A stretch of DNA of 45,504 nt from Opitutus sp. GAS368 (GCA_945906115.1 CAMDQP010000001.1:1-45504); one strand, 5' to 3'. Positions 19,160 through 29,264 are shown, counted from the first letter of the stretch. Numbers and translations: made by a program. Notes: generated from the sequence alone by a model not told the origin.

Positions 19160-19462
19160 TTATTTCGTGACGTCCATTGCGCTTAGGTATTCCCAGCTAT
19201 AGATACCTGTACGATGTCCGTCGCTGAACTCTAAAGTGACGGCATAGTTGCCGACGCGACTCAATCCGGTGACGACGACACCGGGGAATCTTCGAGGCCC
19301 GTCGCCAACCCAACGCTGCCCGAGGATGTCGACCTCACCCATGTTCTCGGCGCTCGGCGAAAGCTCACGAAGTAGTTCCGCCCGGAGGCATTGCTCACGG
19401 CCATCTTCCCAGGTGATGGCAACGAAATCACCGATAATCTGAAGGTCTCGCGGCGGCCGCAT
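19160..19462 (-). CDS. DUF971 domain protein (gamma-butyrobetaine hydroxylase N-terminal-like), cysteine-less variant.
   Basis: VGNYAVTLEFSDGHRTGIYSWEYL is the DUF971 hallmark. ORF 19160..19696 is trimmed to ATG 19462, because the longer form would overlap ybaB. ATG 19537 remains a possible alternative. Confidence 0.7.
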   Translation of the reverse strand: MRPPRDLQIIGDFVAITWEDGREQCLRAELLRELSPSAENMGEVDILGQRWVGDGPRRFPGVVVTGLSRVGNYAVTLEFSDGHRTGIYSWEYLSAMDVTK

Positions 19463-19558
19463 AGCCCCAAAGTGCGGCCTGTCGACGCGGTGGCAAGCAG
19501 GGAGCGGACGGCGGGACGACCTTGACTCCCCGGACATGGTCGGGAGTCTAATCAAACT

Positions 19559-19864
19559 ATGGCAGGCGTAGGCAAACTCCTCAAACAAGCCCAGAAGATG
19601 CAACGTGGCATCGCTGAGGCCCAACTTCAGCTCACTGCGGAGACACTCGACGTCTCCCATGGCGGTGGCGCGATCAAAATCACGGTCAACGGCCATGGAC
19701 TGGTCCTAGCCCTGTCGATCGACCCCGACTTCATCAAGGAGGATAAGGCGATGGTCGAGCAGTCCCTCGTCGCCGCCCTGCAGGAAGCATCGGCCAAGGC
19801 TCGGGAACTCCATGAAGCCACGATGTCGAAGGCCACGGCCGGGTTCTCCCTGCCTGGGATGTAA
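19559..19864 (+). CDS. ybaB: Nucleoid-associated protein YbaB/EbfC.
   Basis: MAGVGKLLKQAQKMQ...GGGAIKITVNG... over 101 aa is canonical YbaB. Confidence 0.92.
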   Translation: MAGVGKLLKQAQKMQRGIAEAQLQLTAETLDVSHGGGAIKITVNGHGLVLALSIDPDFIKEDKAMVEQSLVAALQEASAKARELHEATMSKATAGFSLPGM

Positions 19865-19870
19865 TCGCTC

Positions 19871-20473
19871 GTGACTCCCTCTTTCGACAAGGTTCGCCAA
19901 CTCCTTAAGATGCTTCCGGGCATGGGGCATCGCTCTGCCGAACGCATCGCCTTGCACCTGCTGGTCGAACGCCCGGGTAAGCTCGCTCCCCTGCTCGAGT
20001 CATTGCAGGCTGCCGCTTCGGCGGTCCGTCGGTGTGCCCGCTGCGGAAGCCTCGCCGAGGTAGAACTCTGCCCGATCTGCCTCGAACCCAAGCGGGAGCC
20101 CGGGTCGATCTGCGTCGTCGAACAAGTACCCGACCTTATGGCCATCGAGCGCTCTGCAGCCTATCGTGGTACCTATCACGTTCTGCATGGTCGCCTGTCT
20201 CCGATCAACGGCGTCGGACCCGACCAGCTTAACCTAGGTAGCTTCGAACAGCGTCTTAAGGACGAACCGATCACAGAGGTCGTCCTGGCTCTGGGCAACG
20301 ACATCGAAGGCGAAGCGACCTGCCACTATATCAGCGAAGCAATCCATGCGGTCCGCCCCACGATCAAGATCTCCCGCATCGGCTTCGGCCTGCCCAGCGG
20401 CAGCGGCCTGACTTTCGCCGATCCGGCCACGCTGCGCAGCGCGCTGGAGGGACGTCGAGATGTCGCCAACTGA
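19871..20473 (+). CDS. recR: Recombination protein RecR.
   Basis: It has the helix-hairpin-helix LPGMGHRSAERIALHLL, the Cys4 finger CARCGSLAEVELCPIC and the Toprim segment ICVVEQVPDLMAIE. The start is GTG. Confidence 0.95.
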   Translation: MTPSFDKVRQLLKMLPGMGHRSAERIALHLLVERPGKLAPLLESLQAAASAVRRCARCGSLAEVELCPICLEPKREPGSICVVEQVPDLMAIERSAAYRGTYHVLHGRLSPINGVGPDQLNLGSFEQRLKDEPITEVVLALGNDIEGEATCHYISEAIHAVRPTIKISRIGFGLPSGSGLTFADPATLRSALEGRRDVAN

Positions 20474-21629
20474 TTCGTCCATCGCTTACCCAGCCGAAGC
20501 GGAGGCCTTCTGGGTCGGCCAAGCCGAACTGGTATCGGAAAAGCTCGGTGATGAAGCCCTCGAGCGCATGACACCCGCCGTGGCGCACCTTTCGGATCTC
20601 TTCACAACCGAGCGTCCCGATAAGAAATTCCCCGACTACTTCGCCGACCCCCGCCTGCTCGCGGCCTATGGCGTGTTCTTCCTGCCCCAGAGCTTCACTC
20701 GCACTTCCATCGCGCTGGCCCAGACCTGTGGACTGCGTGGCTGGAAACCTTCCAGCCAAGTCCCGGCAATCCTCGATCTTGGTTCCGGCCCCGGGTCTTG
20801 CGGTGTGGCGGCGGCCTATCGGCTCCGTCAAACCGGCATCAATAAAATCAGCCTATATGGCGTGGACAAATCGCCGAGCGCCTTGGCTTCGATGGAATCC
20901 TTCGCCCGAGCGACCCTCGGTGCGGACGTCGAAACGAAGACACGCATCGGTGACGCATCCCGACCGGAGACCTGGCCAGAAGGCCCCTTTGACCTCATCG
21001 TTGCCGGCTTCGTGGTAAACGAGATGCCTCAACTCGACCACGCCGCCCTGCTCCGCTGGTTCGGCGAACTCAAGGCCAGGCTCGCCCCAGGCGGACTCAT
21101 CCTGATCCTCGAACCCGCCTTACGGATCACCGCCGAGCGATTGCAGAAACTCAGCGACGACGTAGCGGCTGGAGAAATGAACCGCATTGCGCCCGAACTC
21201 GATGCCCTGCCCGACCCGCAGCTCGGTCCAGGGGAACACTGGAGCCATGAAACGCGTGCTTGGGAAGCTCCGGCCTCAACCGAATTCGTCAACCGCCACC
21301 TCCATCGAGATCTGCGCGAAGTGCGGTTTTCTTTTACCGCTTTCTCGGACGCCCCCCTGACGCCACTTCCGCCCGGATTGAGCCGACTGATATCCGACGT
21401 CCAAATCATCAAGGGCCTCCTTCGTTTCATTACGACCCGCGACGGCGCGATCGAATCGGTCGAAGTCCCCACCCGAGGCCTCTCTAAACATGAGGTCAAA
21501 AAACTCGCGGCGACCTTTGGACGCGGTGATATTGTCCGACATCCTCACCCGGCCTCGTCGAAGTTGCGCTTGGCCAATCATGAGGAATTGAGGGTCTTTT
21601 GGACGCCCGAGACTCCGCAGGAACCATAA
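20460..21629 (+). CDS. Class I SAM-dependent methyltransferase, Rsm22-like.
   Basis: SAM motif I is ILDLGSGPGSCGVAAA. The layout resembles the bacterial Rsm22 (COG5459) family. It overlaps the recR 3' end by 14 nt. Confidence 0.6.
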   Translation: MSPTDSSIAYPAEAEAFWVGQAELVSEKLGDEALERMTPAVAHLSDLFTTERPDKKFPDYFADPRLLAAYGVFFLPQSFTRTSIALAQTCGLRGWKPSSQVPAILDLGSGPGSCGVAAAYRLRQTGINKISLYGVDKSPSALASMESFARATLGADVETKTRIGDASRPETWPEGPFDLIVAGFVVNEMPQLDHAALLRWFGELKARLAPGGLILILEPALRITAERLQKLSDDVAAGEMNRIAPELDALPDPQLGPGEHWSHETRAWEAPASTEFVNRHLHRDLREVRFSFTAFSDAPLTPLPPGLSRLISDVQIIKGLLRFITTRDGAIESVEVPTRGLSKHEVKKLAATFGRGDIVRHPHPASSKLRLANHEELRVFWTPETPQEP

Positions 21630-21724
21630 TGTCACAATCTAGGCAGGGCATTTGTTTGCCTGTCTATACCGACCAGAATTTGCTTCAACCAGTCTTTCTC
21701 ACCTGACACCCTTCCCTTATCTCC

Positions 21725-23764
21725 ATGTTTAATCGCGAACTCAGTTGGCTAAGCTTTGATCGTCGAGTCCTCGAACTCGCCGAAGACGACTCCGTCCCTC
21801 TGCTCGAACGCGTCCGCTTTCTCTCGATTGTCAGTTCGAACCTCGATGAATTCTTTGAAATCCGCGTCGCGGGCATCATGCAGCAGGAAGAGTCCGCCAG
21901 CTATCCGGCGACTAAGGAGTTCCTCGCCTCCGTCCTGCAACGCACCCGAGACTTGGTTCAGGCCCAGCAACTTTGCTGGAGGCAGAAATTGCTGCCCGCA
22001 CTTGCGGCCCACGGCATCGAGGTCCTCGCCCGCGAGCAACTCGGCGACAGCGCCCGGAACGAACTTTCACCGCGCTTTGATCGCGACATCCTGCCCGCGC
22101 TGACCCCGCTGGCCATCGATCCTTCGCACCCCTTCCCCGTCCTGACCAACAAAGGACTCTACCTGCTGGCCCTTCTCCGCGACCCGGCTTCGGGCGAGTT
22201 GCGCCGGGCAGTCGTCCCGGTGCCGCGGATCTTACCGCGTATCCTCGGCCTCGCAGATCGCAAGAGCTTCACCTTCCTCAGCCACGTCATCCAGTTATTC
22301 ATCCACCGACTCTTCCCTGGACTCGAACTCCAGGGCTCCTGGGCCTTCCGCATCACACGCAACAGCGATCTCTACGTCGACGATGAAGAAGAAGCCGTCA
22401 ACCTGCTCGAAGCCATCGAGGACGAGATTCGCAATCTGCGCAAAGGGGCGCCGGTGCGCCTTGAAATCGAAGCCGACGTTCCCGAAGGCGAGATGCAGTG
22501 GCTCCTGAATTCCATCCATCTTACTTCAGACAACGCGTTCCGTATCCCTGGTCCGGTCAACATGCTCCGCCTCGGAAGCCTGATCGACATGGTCGGCCGA
22601 CCCGAACTCCTTTACCCGAGTTTCGTATCGGTGATTCCTCCCGAGTGCTCGGAACCGACCAAGCTCTACGAACGCATCGCCGAGCATGACATCATTCTGC
22701 ACCATCCGTACGAATCCTTCTCTCCGGTCGTCGATTTCATCCGCCAAGCCGCCAAGGATGAGACAGTGGTGGCGATTAAACTGACCCTTTACCGGACCAG
22801 CGGGGACTCGCCCGTGGTCGAAGCACTCAAGGAAGCGGCCCGCAACGGCAAGCAGGTCACCGCGCTGGTCGAACTCCGCGCCCGTTTTGACGAATTGAAC
22901 AACATCGAGTGGGCCCGCCAGCTCGAGGAGGCCGGCGCCCATGTCGTTTACGGCCTCGCTGGCCTCAAAACCCATTGCAAGGCGTGTCTCGTCGTGCGTC
23001 AGGAAAAGGATGGCCTCCGTCGCTATGCCCACCTCGGCACCGGTAATTACAACCCAAAGACCGCCCGTATCTACACCGATTTCTCCCTGCTCACCTGCGA
23101 CGCGGAAATCACGGCCGATGTCGGCCTACTCTTCAACGTCCTGACCGGTAACCTCGCCGGCCCCAAGTTCAAACACCTCCTCATCGCTCCCTTCGACTTG
23201 GCGCGACGCATCGTGGAACTCATCAAGGTCGAGACTGCTAACGCCAAGGCTGGCAAGCCCGCGACGATCTTCGCCAAGGTCAACAGCCTCGTAGACCCTG
23301 AGGTCATCAACGCCCTTTACGAAGCATCCCAGGCGGGCGTCCGCATCGAACTCGTGGTCCGAGGCATCTGCTGCCTCAAGCCCGGCATCACGGGTAAGAG
23401 TGAAAATATCCGCGTCCGCAGCTTTCTCGGTCGCTTCCTTGAACACAGCCGACTGTTCCGCTTCGAGAACGCCGAGGCGCAGCCCATCCTGCTCATGGGC
23501 AGCGCTGACTGGATGCCGCGAAATTTCCAACGCCGCATCGAATGCGTCTTCCCCTTACGTGCCAACCATGTGCGTCGTCGAGTCGAAGAAGAAATCCTCG
23601 CCGTCTACCGCGACCGTCAAGGGGATGCCAAGGCTCTTACCAGCGACGGAGAATACGTCAGCTGCGAGCCCATGGGACGACTCGCACCGGGAGTGCAGGA
23701 TACTTTCCTGCAGCTGGCAGCCATGGCCGCTCAAGCCCGCCTCAGCGAACAGACGGGGAAATAG
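21725..23764 (+). CDS. ppk: Polyphosphate kinase 1.
   Basis: MFNRELSWLSFDRRVLELAED..PLLERVRFLSIVSSNLDEFFEIRVAG opens the protein. GTGNYNPKTARIYTDF and HSRLFRF are the two PLD-like domains. The product is 679 aa. Confidence 0.96.
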   Translation: MFNRELSWLSFDRRVLELAEDDSVPLLERVRFLSIVSSNLDEFFEIRVAGIMQQEESASYPATKEFLASVLQRTRDLVQAQQLCWRQKLLPALAAHGIEVLAREQLGDSARNELSPRFDRDILPALTPLAIDPSHPFPVLTNKGLYLLALLRDPASGELRRAVVPVPRILPRILGLADRKSFTFLSHVIQLFIHRLFPGLELQGSWAFRITRNSDLYVDDEEEAVNLLEAIEDEIRNLRKGAPVRLEIEADVPEGEMQWLLNSIHLTSDNAFRIPGPVNMLRLGSLIDMVGRPELLYPSFVSVIPPECSEPTKLYERIAEHDIILHHPYESFSPVVDFIRQAAKDETVVAIKLTLYRTSGDSPVVEALKEAARNGKQVTALVELRARFDELNNIEWARQLEEAGAHVVYGLAGLKTHCKACLVVRQEKDGLRRYAHLGTGNYNPKTARIYTDFSLLTCDAEITADVGLLFNVLTGNLAGPKFKHLLIAPFDLARRIVELIKVETANAKAGKPATIFAKVNSLVDPEVINALYEASQAGVRIELVVRGICCLKPGITGKSENIRVRSFLGRFLEHSRLFRFENAEAQPILLMGSADWMPRNFQRRIECVFPLRANHVRRRVEEEILAVYRDRQGDAKALTSDGEYVSCEPMGRLAPGVQDTFLQLAAMAAQARLSEQTGK

Positions 23765-24908
23765 AAGGCCCCAAGCAGATTCGTTCGACGGCTGCATTAA
23801 AGCCTTCCGCATCGCCGAGGATCTCGACCTCTAGGCGGACGAACAGCAGCGGAATGGGCGGGCGGAAACGCGCCTGTAGGCGGACCGCGTCCTTTTCCGT
23901 CGTGACGATCATCTCGGCCTTGGCCTGGATGGCTTGATCAAGGACTTCGTCGAGGTCTTCGTCCACGAAAGCGTGGTGGTCGAGGAAGCGACGGTTGGCG
24001 ACAATCTTCGCGCCATGGTTGAGTAAGATTTCCTCGAAACGCTCCGGCGTCGCGATGCCCGAGAAGGCTGCGACTCGGCGGCCTTTGAGGTCCGACATCG
24101 GGAGGCGCTTAGGTCCGTCGACTTCGACGAGTTCGCAAGCACGGTGCGAGCAGGCAATGATCTCGGCCTTGGCATTGTGCCGACGAATGAGGCTGACGAG
24201 AGCCGGATCTGGCGGGCCAACGGACTTGGTCACGAAGACGTAAGAAGCTCGGCTCAGGTTGGAAATCGGCTCACGCAGGACACCGCGAGGAAGCAATGAG
24301 CCGTTACCAAATGGGTCGCGGCTGTCGACGAGGAGCAGATTAATCTGGCCGCGCAGCGGAAGGTACTGGAGGCCGTCGTCGAGCAGGATCGTGTCCACGC
24401 CGAAGCGCCGGAGGGCGAACCGGCCTCCCTCGACTCGGTCGCGGTCGACGATGACGATGACGCCTTCGCCACAGAGATTCTGCGCGAGCATGTAAGGCTC
24501 GTCACCGGCCTCATCCGGGCCGACCAAGACCGACTTGCCGTCGGAAACCACGAGCGGATCGGGGCGACTGCCCTGGGTCAGCCAGCGCCAGAATCGCTTC
24601 AGCATCGAATCGGAAGTTCCTTTATAGCCGCGGGAAAGGATGGCGACTTTACGTCCGCGCGCCGTCAGCACGCGGGCCATCTTGAGTACGATCGGGGTCT
24701 TCCCAGTGCCACCGACAGTGAGATTACCCACGACCACAACCTTGCAACCGAGGGGTGTATCGCGAAAAAGCCGGTTACGATAGAGCCAGAGGCGTAGGCG
24801 GACTAAGACCTCAAAAATCCATGAAAGGACCTTCAGGAAGGCTCCCAGCAAGGCCGCCCCGGGCCCCTTGCGACGCTCGTAGACTACGTCTACGGCATAG
24901 CTAGCCAT
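23742..24908 (-). CDS. lpxK: Tetraacyldisaccharide 4'-kinase.
   Basis: ORF 23742..25250 trimmed to ATG 24908; upstream of that it is antisense to panD. It has the P-loop [15 protein letters not shown], then ILSRGYKG and TTEKDAVRL. An alternative ATG at 24953 is possible. Confidence 0.9.
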   Translation of the reverse strand: MASYAVDVVYERRKGPGAALLGAFLKVLSWIFEVLVRLRLWLYRNRLFRDTPLGCKVVVVGNLTVGGTGKTPIVLKMARVLTARGRKVAILSRGYKGTSDSMLKRFWRWLTQGSRPDPLVVSDGKSVLVGPDEAGDEPYMLAQNLCGEGVIVIVDRDRVEGGRFALRRFGVDTILLDDGLQYLPLRGQINLLLVDSRDPFGNGSLLPRGVLREPISNLSRASYVFVTKSVGPPDPALVSLIRRHNAKAEIIACSHRACELVEVDGPKRLPMSDLKGRRVAAFSGIATPERFEEILLNHGAKIVANRRFLDHHAFVDEDLDEVLDQAIQAKAEMIVTTEKDAVRLQARFRPPIPLLFVRLEVEILGDAEGFNAAVERICLGPSISPSVR

Positions 24909-25019
24909 GACCTCTCCAAGGGAGGAAAAGAACCCTCGGTGCTTCGCGGACATGGACGAATTGATGCAAAGTTGTTTGACGAAGGCAACCATCCCGATTG
25001 AGAAGGACGACCCAGCGCC

Positions 25020-25421
25020 ATGCTCGTACACCTGTTGCGCACCAAACTTCTCCGAGCCGAGGTCACCGCGGCCCGGCTCGATTACGAGGGCTCCTTGGCC
25101 ATCGATCGCGAGATCATGGCCCTCGTCGGCATGCTCCCTTACGAGAAGATCTTGGTCGGTAACCTGGCTAACGGGGAGCGTTTCGAGACTTACGCCATCC
25201 CTGCCCCCGCGGGGACCCGGGAGATCTGCCTGAATGGCGCCACCGCCCACCTAGGCAAGCCCGGCGACTTACTGGTGGTCATGACCTTCACCCAGATGGA
25301 AGAGTCGGCTGCGTCGAACTGGAAACCCCGGACCGCAACCCTCGCCGAGGGTAACCGTCGCATCGTCCGCCTCGAGAACCCCGAAGTCCCCACCTCCCTC
25401 CTGACCACCTTTCAACGATGA
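25020..25421 (+). CDS. panD: Aspartate 1-decarboxylase (pyruvoyl-dependent).
   Basis: [24 protein letters not shown] contains the self-cleavage G-S site. ERFETYAI and NGATAH are also present. Confidence 0.95.
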   Translation: MLVHLLRTKLLRAEVTAARLDYEGSLAIDREIMALVGMLPYEKILVGNLANGERFETYAIPAPAGTREICLNGATAHLGKPGDLLVVMTFTQMEESAASNWKPRTATLAEGNRRIVRLENPEVPTSLLTTFQR

Positions 25422-26497
25422 GCTATCGTCTATATATACCCGGCCCCCTGACCGTCTCCGATTCGATCGTCCAAGCCATGGGCAAACCCATGGTCGGGCA
25501 CCGCTCGGGCGACTTCGTCAAACTGTACAACGACATGCAGCCTCGCTTGCAGGCCATGTTCTATACCCAGGATCCGGTCTATCTCGCCACCAGCTCCGCC
25601 TGGGGTGTGATGGAAGGCGCCCTGCGTAACGTCTGCCGCAAGGGCGTGCTCAATTGCATGAACGGGGCGTTTTCCGATAAGTGGAACGACGTTGCCAAGC
25701 GCTGCGGTAAGTACGCCGAAGCCCTCCAGTTCGACTGGGGTAAGCCCATCGACCCGGAAGCCGTTCGCCGGGCCCTTGCCACCGGCAAGTTCGACTGCAT
25801 CACCTTCATCCACTCCGAGACCTCCACCGGCACCCTCTCGCCGATCACCGATATCATGGCGGTGGTCCGCGAGTTCCCTGACGTAATCTCGATTGCCGAC
25901 ACGGTCAGCTCGTTCTCGACTATCCCAATCAAGAAGGACGAGCTCGGCATCGACATCTTCCTGACTGGCTCGCAGAAGGCTCTGGCCCTGCCCCCGGGCC
26001 TCGCAATCTTCGCCGTCAGCGAACGCGCCCGCGAACGCGCCAAGCAGTCCCCCGATCGCGGCTACTACTTCGACCTCATCGAGTTCCACGATAACCACGT
26101 CAAGGGCATGACCCCTTCGACCCCCTGTATCTCCCTCTTCTACGGCCTCCAGCAGCGCCTCCTCGAAGTCGAAGCCGAAGGCCTCGACAACCGTCACGCC
26201 CGCCACATCCGCCTAAATGAACGCATGCGCGCTTGGGGCCTCGCCAAGGGCTTCTCGCTCCTGCCGGAAATCCAGTTCGGCACCCGCGGTCTCAACTGCT
26301 TCAAGAACGACCGCAACGCCGACCTCGAGCGTCTCAACAAGATTCTCAAATCCCGGCACAAGCTCGTCATCGATGGCGGCTACGGCAAGCTGAAGGGCAA
26401 GACTTTCCGCATCTCCAACATGGGAGACGAGACCGACGCCACGATTGCCTCGCTGATTGCCGCCCTTGACGACTCCTTCGCCGAGCAGGGAATGTAA
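25418..26497 (+). CDS. Class V PLP-dependent aminotransferase (alanine/serine-glyoxylate or phosphoserine aminotransferase-like).
   Basis: It has [19 protein letters not shown] and the PLP-lysine motif [14 protein letters not shown]. An ATGA overlap links it to panD. Confidence 0.85.
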   Translation: MSYRLYIPGPLTVSDSIVQAMGKPMVGHRSGDFVKLYNDMQPRLQAMFYTQDPVYLATSSAWGVMEGALRNVCRKGVLNCMNGAFSDKWNDVAKRCGKYAEALQFDWGKPIDPEAVRRALATGKFDCITFIHSETSTGTLSPITDIMAVVREFPDVISIADTVSSFSTIPIKKDELGIDIFLTGSQKALALPPGLAIFAVSERARERAKQSPDRGYYFDLIEFHDNHVKGMTPSTPCISLFYGLQQRLLEVEAEGLDNRHARHIRLNERMRAWGLAKGFSLLPEIQFGTRGLNCFKNDRNADLERLNKILKSRHKLVIDGGYGKLKGKTFRISNMGDETDATIASLIAALDDSFAEQGM

Positions 26498-26528
26498 CCG
26501 AATTTGACCACCGGTTATCATCCCACGT

Positions 26529-29264
26529 ATGCGCAAGAATTCCTCAAAGTCCTCCTCCGAAGTCGCTCCCGCTGGTTCCAAGATCCTCGTCATCGCCGAG
26601 AAACCCTCGGTAGCGACGGATCTGGCTAAGGTCCTCAAGGTACCCAAGGCCACCAGCGATTACTTCGAGAACGAGAAGTGGGTGATCAGTTCTTCCATCG
26701 GCCACGTGGTACGCCTCGTGGATCCGGATGACATCGATCCGAAATTCAAGCGCTGGACCCTCAAGGATCTCCCGATTGATCCGGTCAAGTTCGACGGCAC
26801 CGCCAGCCCCGACATCCTCAAGGCCGTCATCAGCGAGCGTAACAACGGAGACCGCTATAAACTGCTGAAGAAGCTCCTGAACCGCCCGGACGTCGGCACA
26901 GTCGTTAACGCCTGCGATGCCGGCCGCGAAGGTGAACTCATCTTCCACTACGTCTACCAGCTCGCGAAGTGCAAACTACCCTGCCAGCGCCTCTGGCTGG
27001 CGAGCATGACGAACACGGCCATCGCCGAAGCCTTCGACCACCTTCTCCCCGCGGAAGCCAAGCAGGGCCTGCTCGACGCCGCCATCTGCCGCTCCCAGGC
27101 CGACTGGCTGGTCGGCATGACCGCGAGCCGGTTCTCGACCATCGTCATTGGTGGCGCGAAACGAGAAGTCTTCTCCGTCGGTCGCGTCCAGACTCCTACG
27201 CTCATGCTCATCGTGAAGCGCGAGCTCGAAATCCGTAGTTTCGTCCCCAAGACCTTCTGGAAGATCGAGGGCGACTTCGGCCTCTCCAACGGTGGTTACC
27301 GCGGCGCCGCCCAGGTGCCCGGCGTCACTGACCGCAAGGAAGCCGAACGTTTCTACGACGAAGCGCAGGCCCGCAAAGTGGCCGAAGCTTCGATCAAGAT
27401 CGGCACCGGTATCGTCACCGACGAGCGCAAGCCGAAGAAGGAAAGTGCCCCGCGCCTCTTCGATCTCACGACCCTCCAGCGGGAAGGTAATCGACGCTTC
27501 GGGTTCTCGGCCAAGACCACCCTCGGCGTCGCCCAAGCCCTGTACGAAAAGCACAAGGCGCTCACCTACCCTCGAACCGATTCCCAGTACCTGCCCGAGG
27601 ATTATCTTCCGAACGCCAAGGCGGCCCTCCAGTCGCTCGAAGGCGCCCACCCTGCTGGCGTCTTTGCAAAGGAAGCGCTCCGTAGCGGCTGGGTTGATTC
27701 CGCTGGTCGCCGCGTCTTCGACAACAAGAAGGTCAGTGACCACTTTGCCATCATCCCGACCGGCACCGTCCCTCGCGGCCTGACTGACGTCGAGCAGAAG
27801 ATTTACGACCTCGTCGTCCGTCGCTTCGTCGCCGTCTTCTTCCCGATGGCCGAATTCGAGGAGACCGTCCGTACGACCCTCGTCGGTGAACATAATTTCC
27901 GCACGACTGGTAAAGTTCTCGTCGTCGCCGGATGGCGCGCTGTCTGGGGCCAGGAAGCGGAAGCCGAAGAAGACAAGGACAAGGAAGGCTCCGCCAGTTT
28001 GCCCGCCCTCGCCCCCGCCGACGGCTCACCCGCCAAGGCCAAGGTCAACGGCGTCGACGTCAAGGAAGACGCCACCAAGCCACCCGCCCGCTACAACGAA
28101 GCCTCGCTCCTCGGCGCGATGGAAAACGCCGGGAAGCTGGTCGACGACGAAGCCTTGGCCGAAGCAATGAAGGAACGTGGTCTCGGCACGCCCGCCACCC
28201 GCGCCGCGACGATTGAAGAACTTCTCGCGAAGACCTATATCGAGCGTCAGGGCAAAGAGCTCGTCCCCCTCGCCAAGGCCTTCCAGCTCCACCAGTTCCT
28301 GCACGCCAAGGAAATGGGCGTTTTCACGGAGCCCCAGATGACTGGCGAATGGGAATATAAGCTCAAGCAGATCGAGCACGGCAAGATGGGGCCGCGCGAG
28401 TTCATGAAGGAGATCAAGGCCCTCCTTGAGATTATCGTGAAGAAAGGCGCCGTGAAACCGCCTTCGCTCGAACTGGCCCCGCAGGTTCTCTCCCCGACCG
28501 ACGGCAAGCCGCTGCAGACCGACGGCGAGAAATACTTCTCCCAGGACACGGTCGGCACGACCGATCGCCCGAAGCTGACGATCTACGTCGGTATGAACGG
28601 ACACACGATCACCCCGGTCGAAGTCGCTGAATTAATCGAGAAGCGGCGCATCGGACCGTTCTCCGACTTCCGCTCGATGAAGTCGGGCAAGAACTTCACG
28701 GGCTACATCGACCTCGTCGACCCGGACACGATCAAGCCTCGCGGCACCGAGGAAAAGACCGAGACCCCGGCCACTCCGGCCGCGGAAGGCGAAGCAGCCG
28801 CCCCGGTCAAGGCCCCGCGCAAGACCAAGCCTAAGGCCCCGAGCGGCAAGCTTAAGGCCGTGCTTTATTTCCCTCCTCGCGAAGGTGCCGACGGCAACCC
28901 GGACGCTTTCGACGTCGAATGGCCCGTCCTCGGTCCCTGCCCCGTCAGCGGCCTAGACGTCCAGCACACGCCGACCGCAGGCTACCGCGTCTGTCCGCAC
29001 AAGGCCCAGGAAGCCGGCGCGAAGAAGACCTTCAGCCTCAACTCCGAGATGCTCAAGTCGCCGATCTCCGCCGACGACGTCCGTAGACTCCTCAACGAAG
29101 GTAAGACCGGGATCAAGAAGTTCGTCTCCAATCGTACCAAGCGCACCTTCGAAGCCTTCCTTATCGCCGACAAGCAGAAGGGCTGGTGGTTCGAATTCCC
29201 TCCGCGTAAGCCTCGTGCCCCCAAGGGTGCGCCTGCGGAGAAGAAGTCAGACGAGCCGTTCTAA
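26529..29264 (+). CDS. topB: Type IA DNA topoisomerase (topoisomerase III-like) with an extended C-terminus.
   Basis: The Toprim segment is ILVIAEKPSVATDLAKVL..DAGREGELIF. The catalytic region is LTYPRTDSQYLPED. The C-terminus has two copies of a topoisomerase C-terminal repeat (GPFSDFRSMKSGKNFTGYIDL and KKFVSNRTKRTFEAFLIADK) separated by a Pro/Ala/Lys-rich linker. Confidence 0.9.
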   Translation: MRKNSSKSSSEVAPAGSKILVIAEKPSVATDLAKVLKVPKATSDYFENEKWVISSSIGHVVRLVDPDDIDPKFKRWTLKDLPIDPVKFDGTASPDILKAVISERNNGDRYKLLKKLLNRPDVGTVVNACDAGREGELIFHYVYQLAKCKLPCQRLWLASMTNTAIAEAFDHLLPAEAKQGLLDAAICRSQADWLVGMTASRFSTIVIGGAKREVFSVGRVQTPTLMLIVKRELEIRSFVPKTFWKIEGDFGLSNGGYRGAAQVPGVTDRKEAERFYDEAQARKVAEASIKIGTGIVTDERKPKKESAPRLFDLTTLQREGNRRFGFSAKTTLGVAQALYEKHKALTYPRTDSQYLPEDYLPNAKAALQSLEGAHPAGVFAKEALRSGWVDSAGRRVFDNKKVSDHFAIIPTGTVPRGLTDVEQKIYDLVVRRFVAVFFPMAEFEETVRTTLVGEHNFRTTGKVLVVAGWRAVWGQEAEAEEDKDKEGSASLPALAPADGSPAKAKVNGVDVKEDATKPPARYNEASLLGAMENAGKLVDDEALAEAMKERGLGTPATRAATIEELLAKTYIERQGKELVPLAKAFQLHQFLHAKEMGVFTEPQMTGEWEYKLKQIEHGKMGPREFMKEIKALLEIIVKKGAVKPPSLELAPQVLSPTDGKPLQTDGEKYFSQDTVGTTDRPKLTIYVGMNGHTITPVEVAELIEKRRIGPFSDFRSMKSGKNFTGYIDLVDPDTIKPRGTEEKTETPATPAAEGEAAAPVKAPRKTKPKAPSGKLKAVLYFPPREGADGNPDAFDVEWPVLGPCPVSGLDVQHTPTAGYRVCPHKAQEAGAKKTFSLNSEMLKSPISADDVRRLLNEGKTGIKKFVSNRTKRTFEAFLIADKQKGWWFEFPPRKPRAPKGAPAEKKSDEPF

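Noticed and set aside
24909-25250. A 5' extension of lpxK (502-aa version). Similar over-extended ORF-track starts occur for mazG (to 35925), sucA (from 41249), metG (from 1920), hisC (to 13274), mutS (to 17536) and DUF971 (to 19696).
   Set aside because: The conserved family N-termini begin at internal ATGs. The extensions overlap neighbouring genes or divergent promoter regions.
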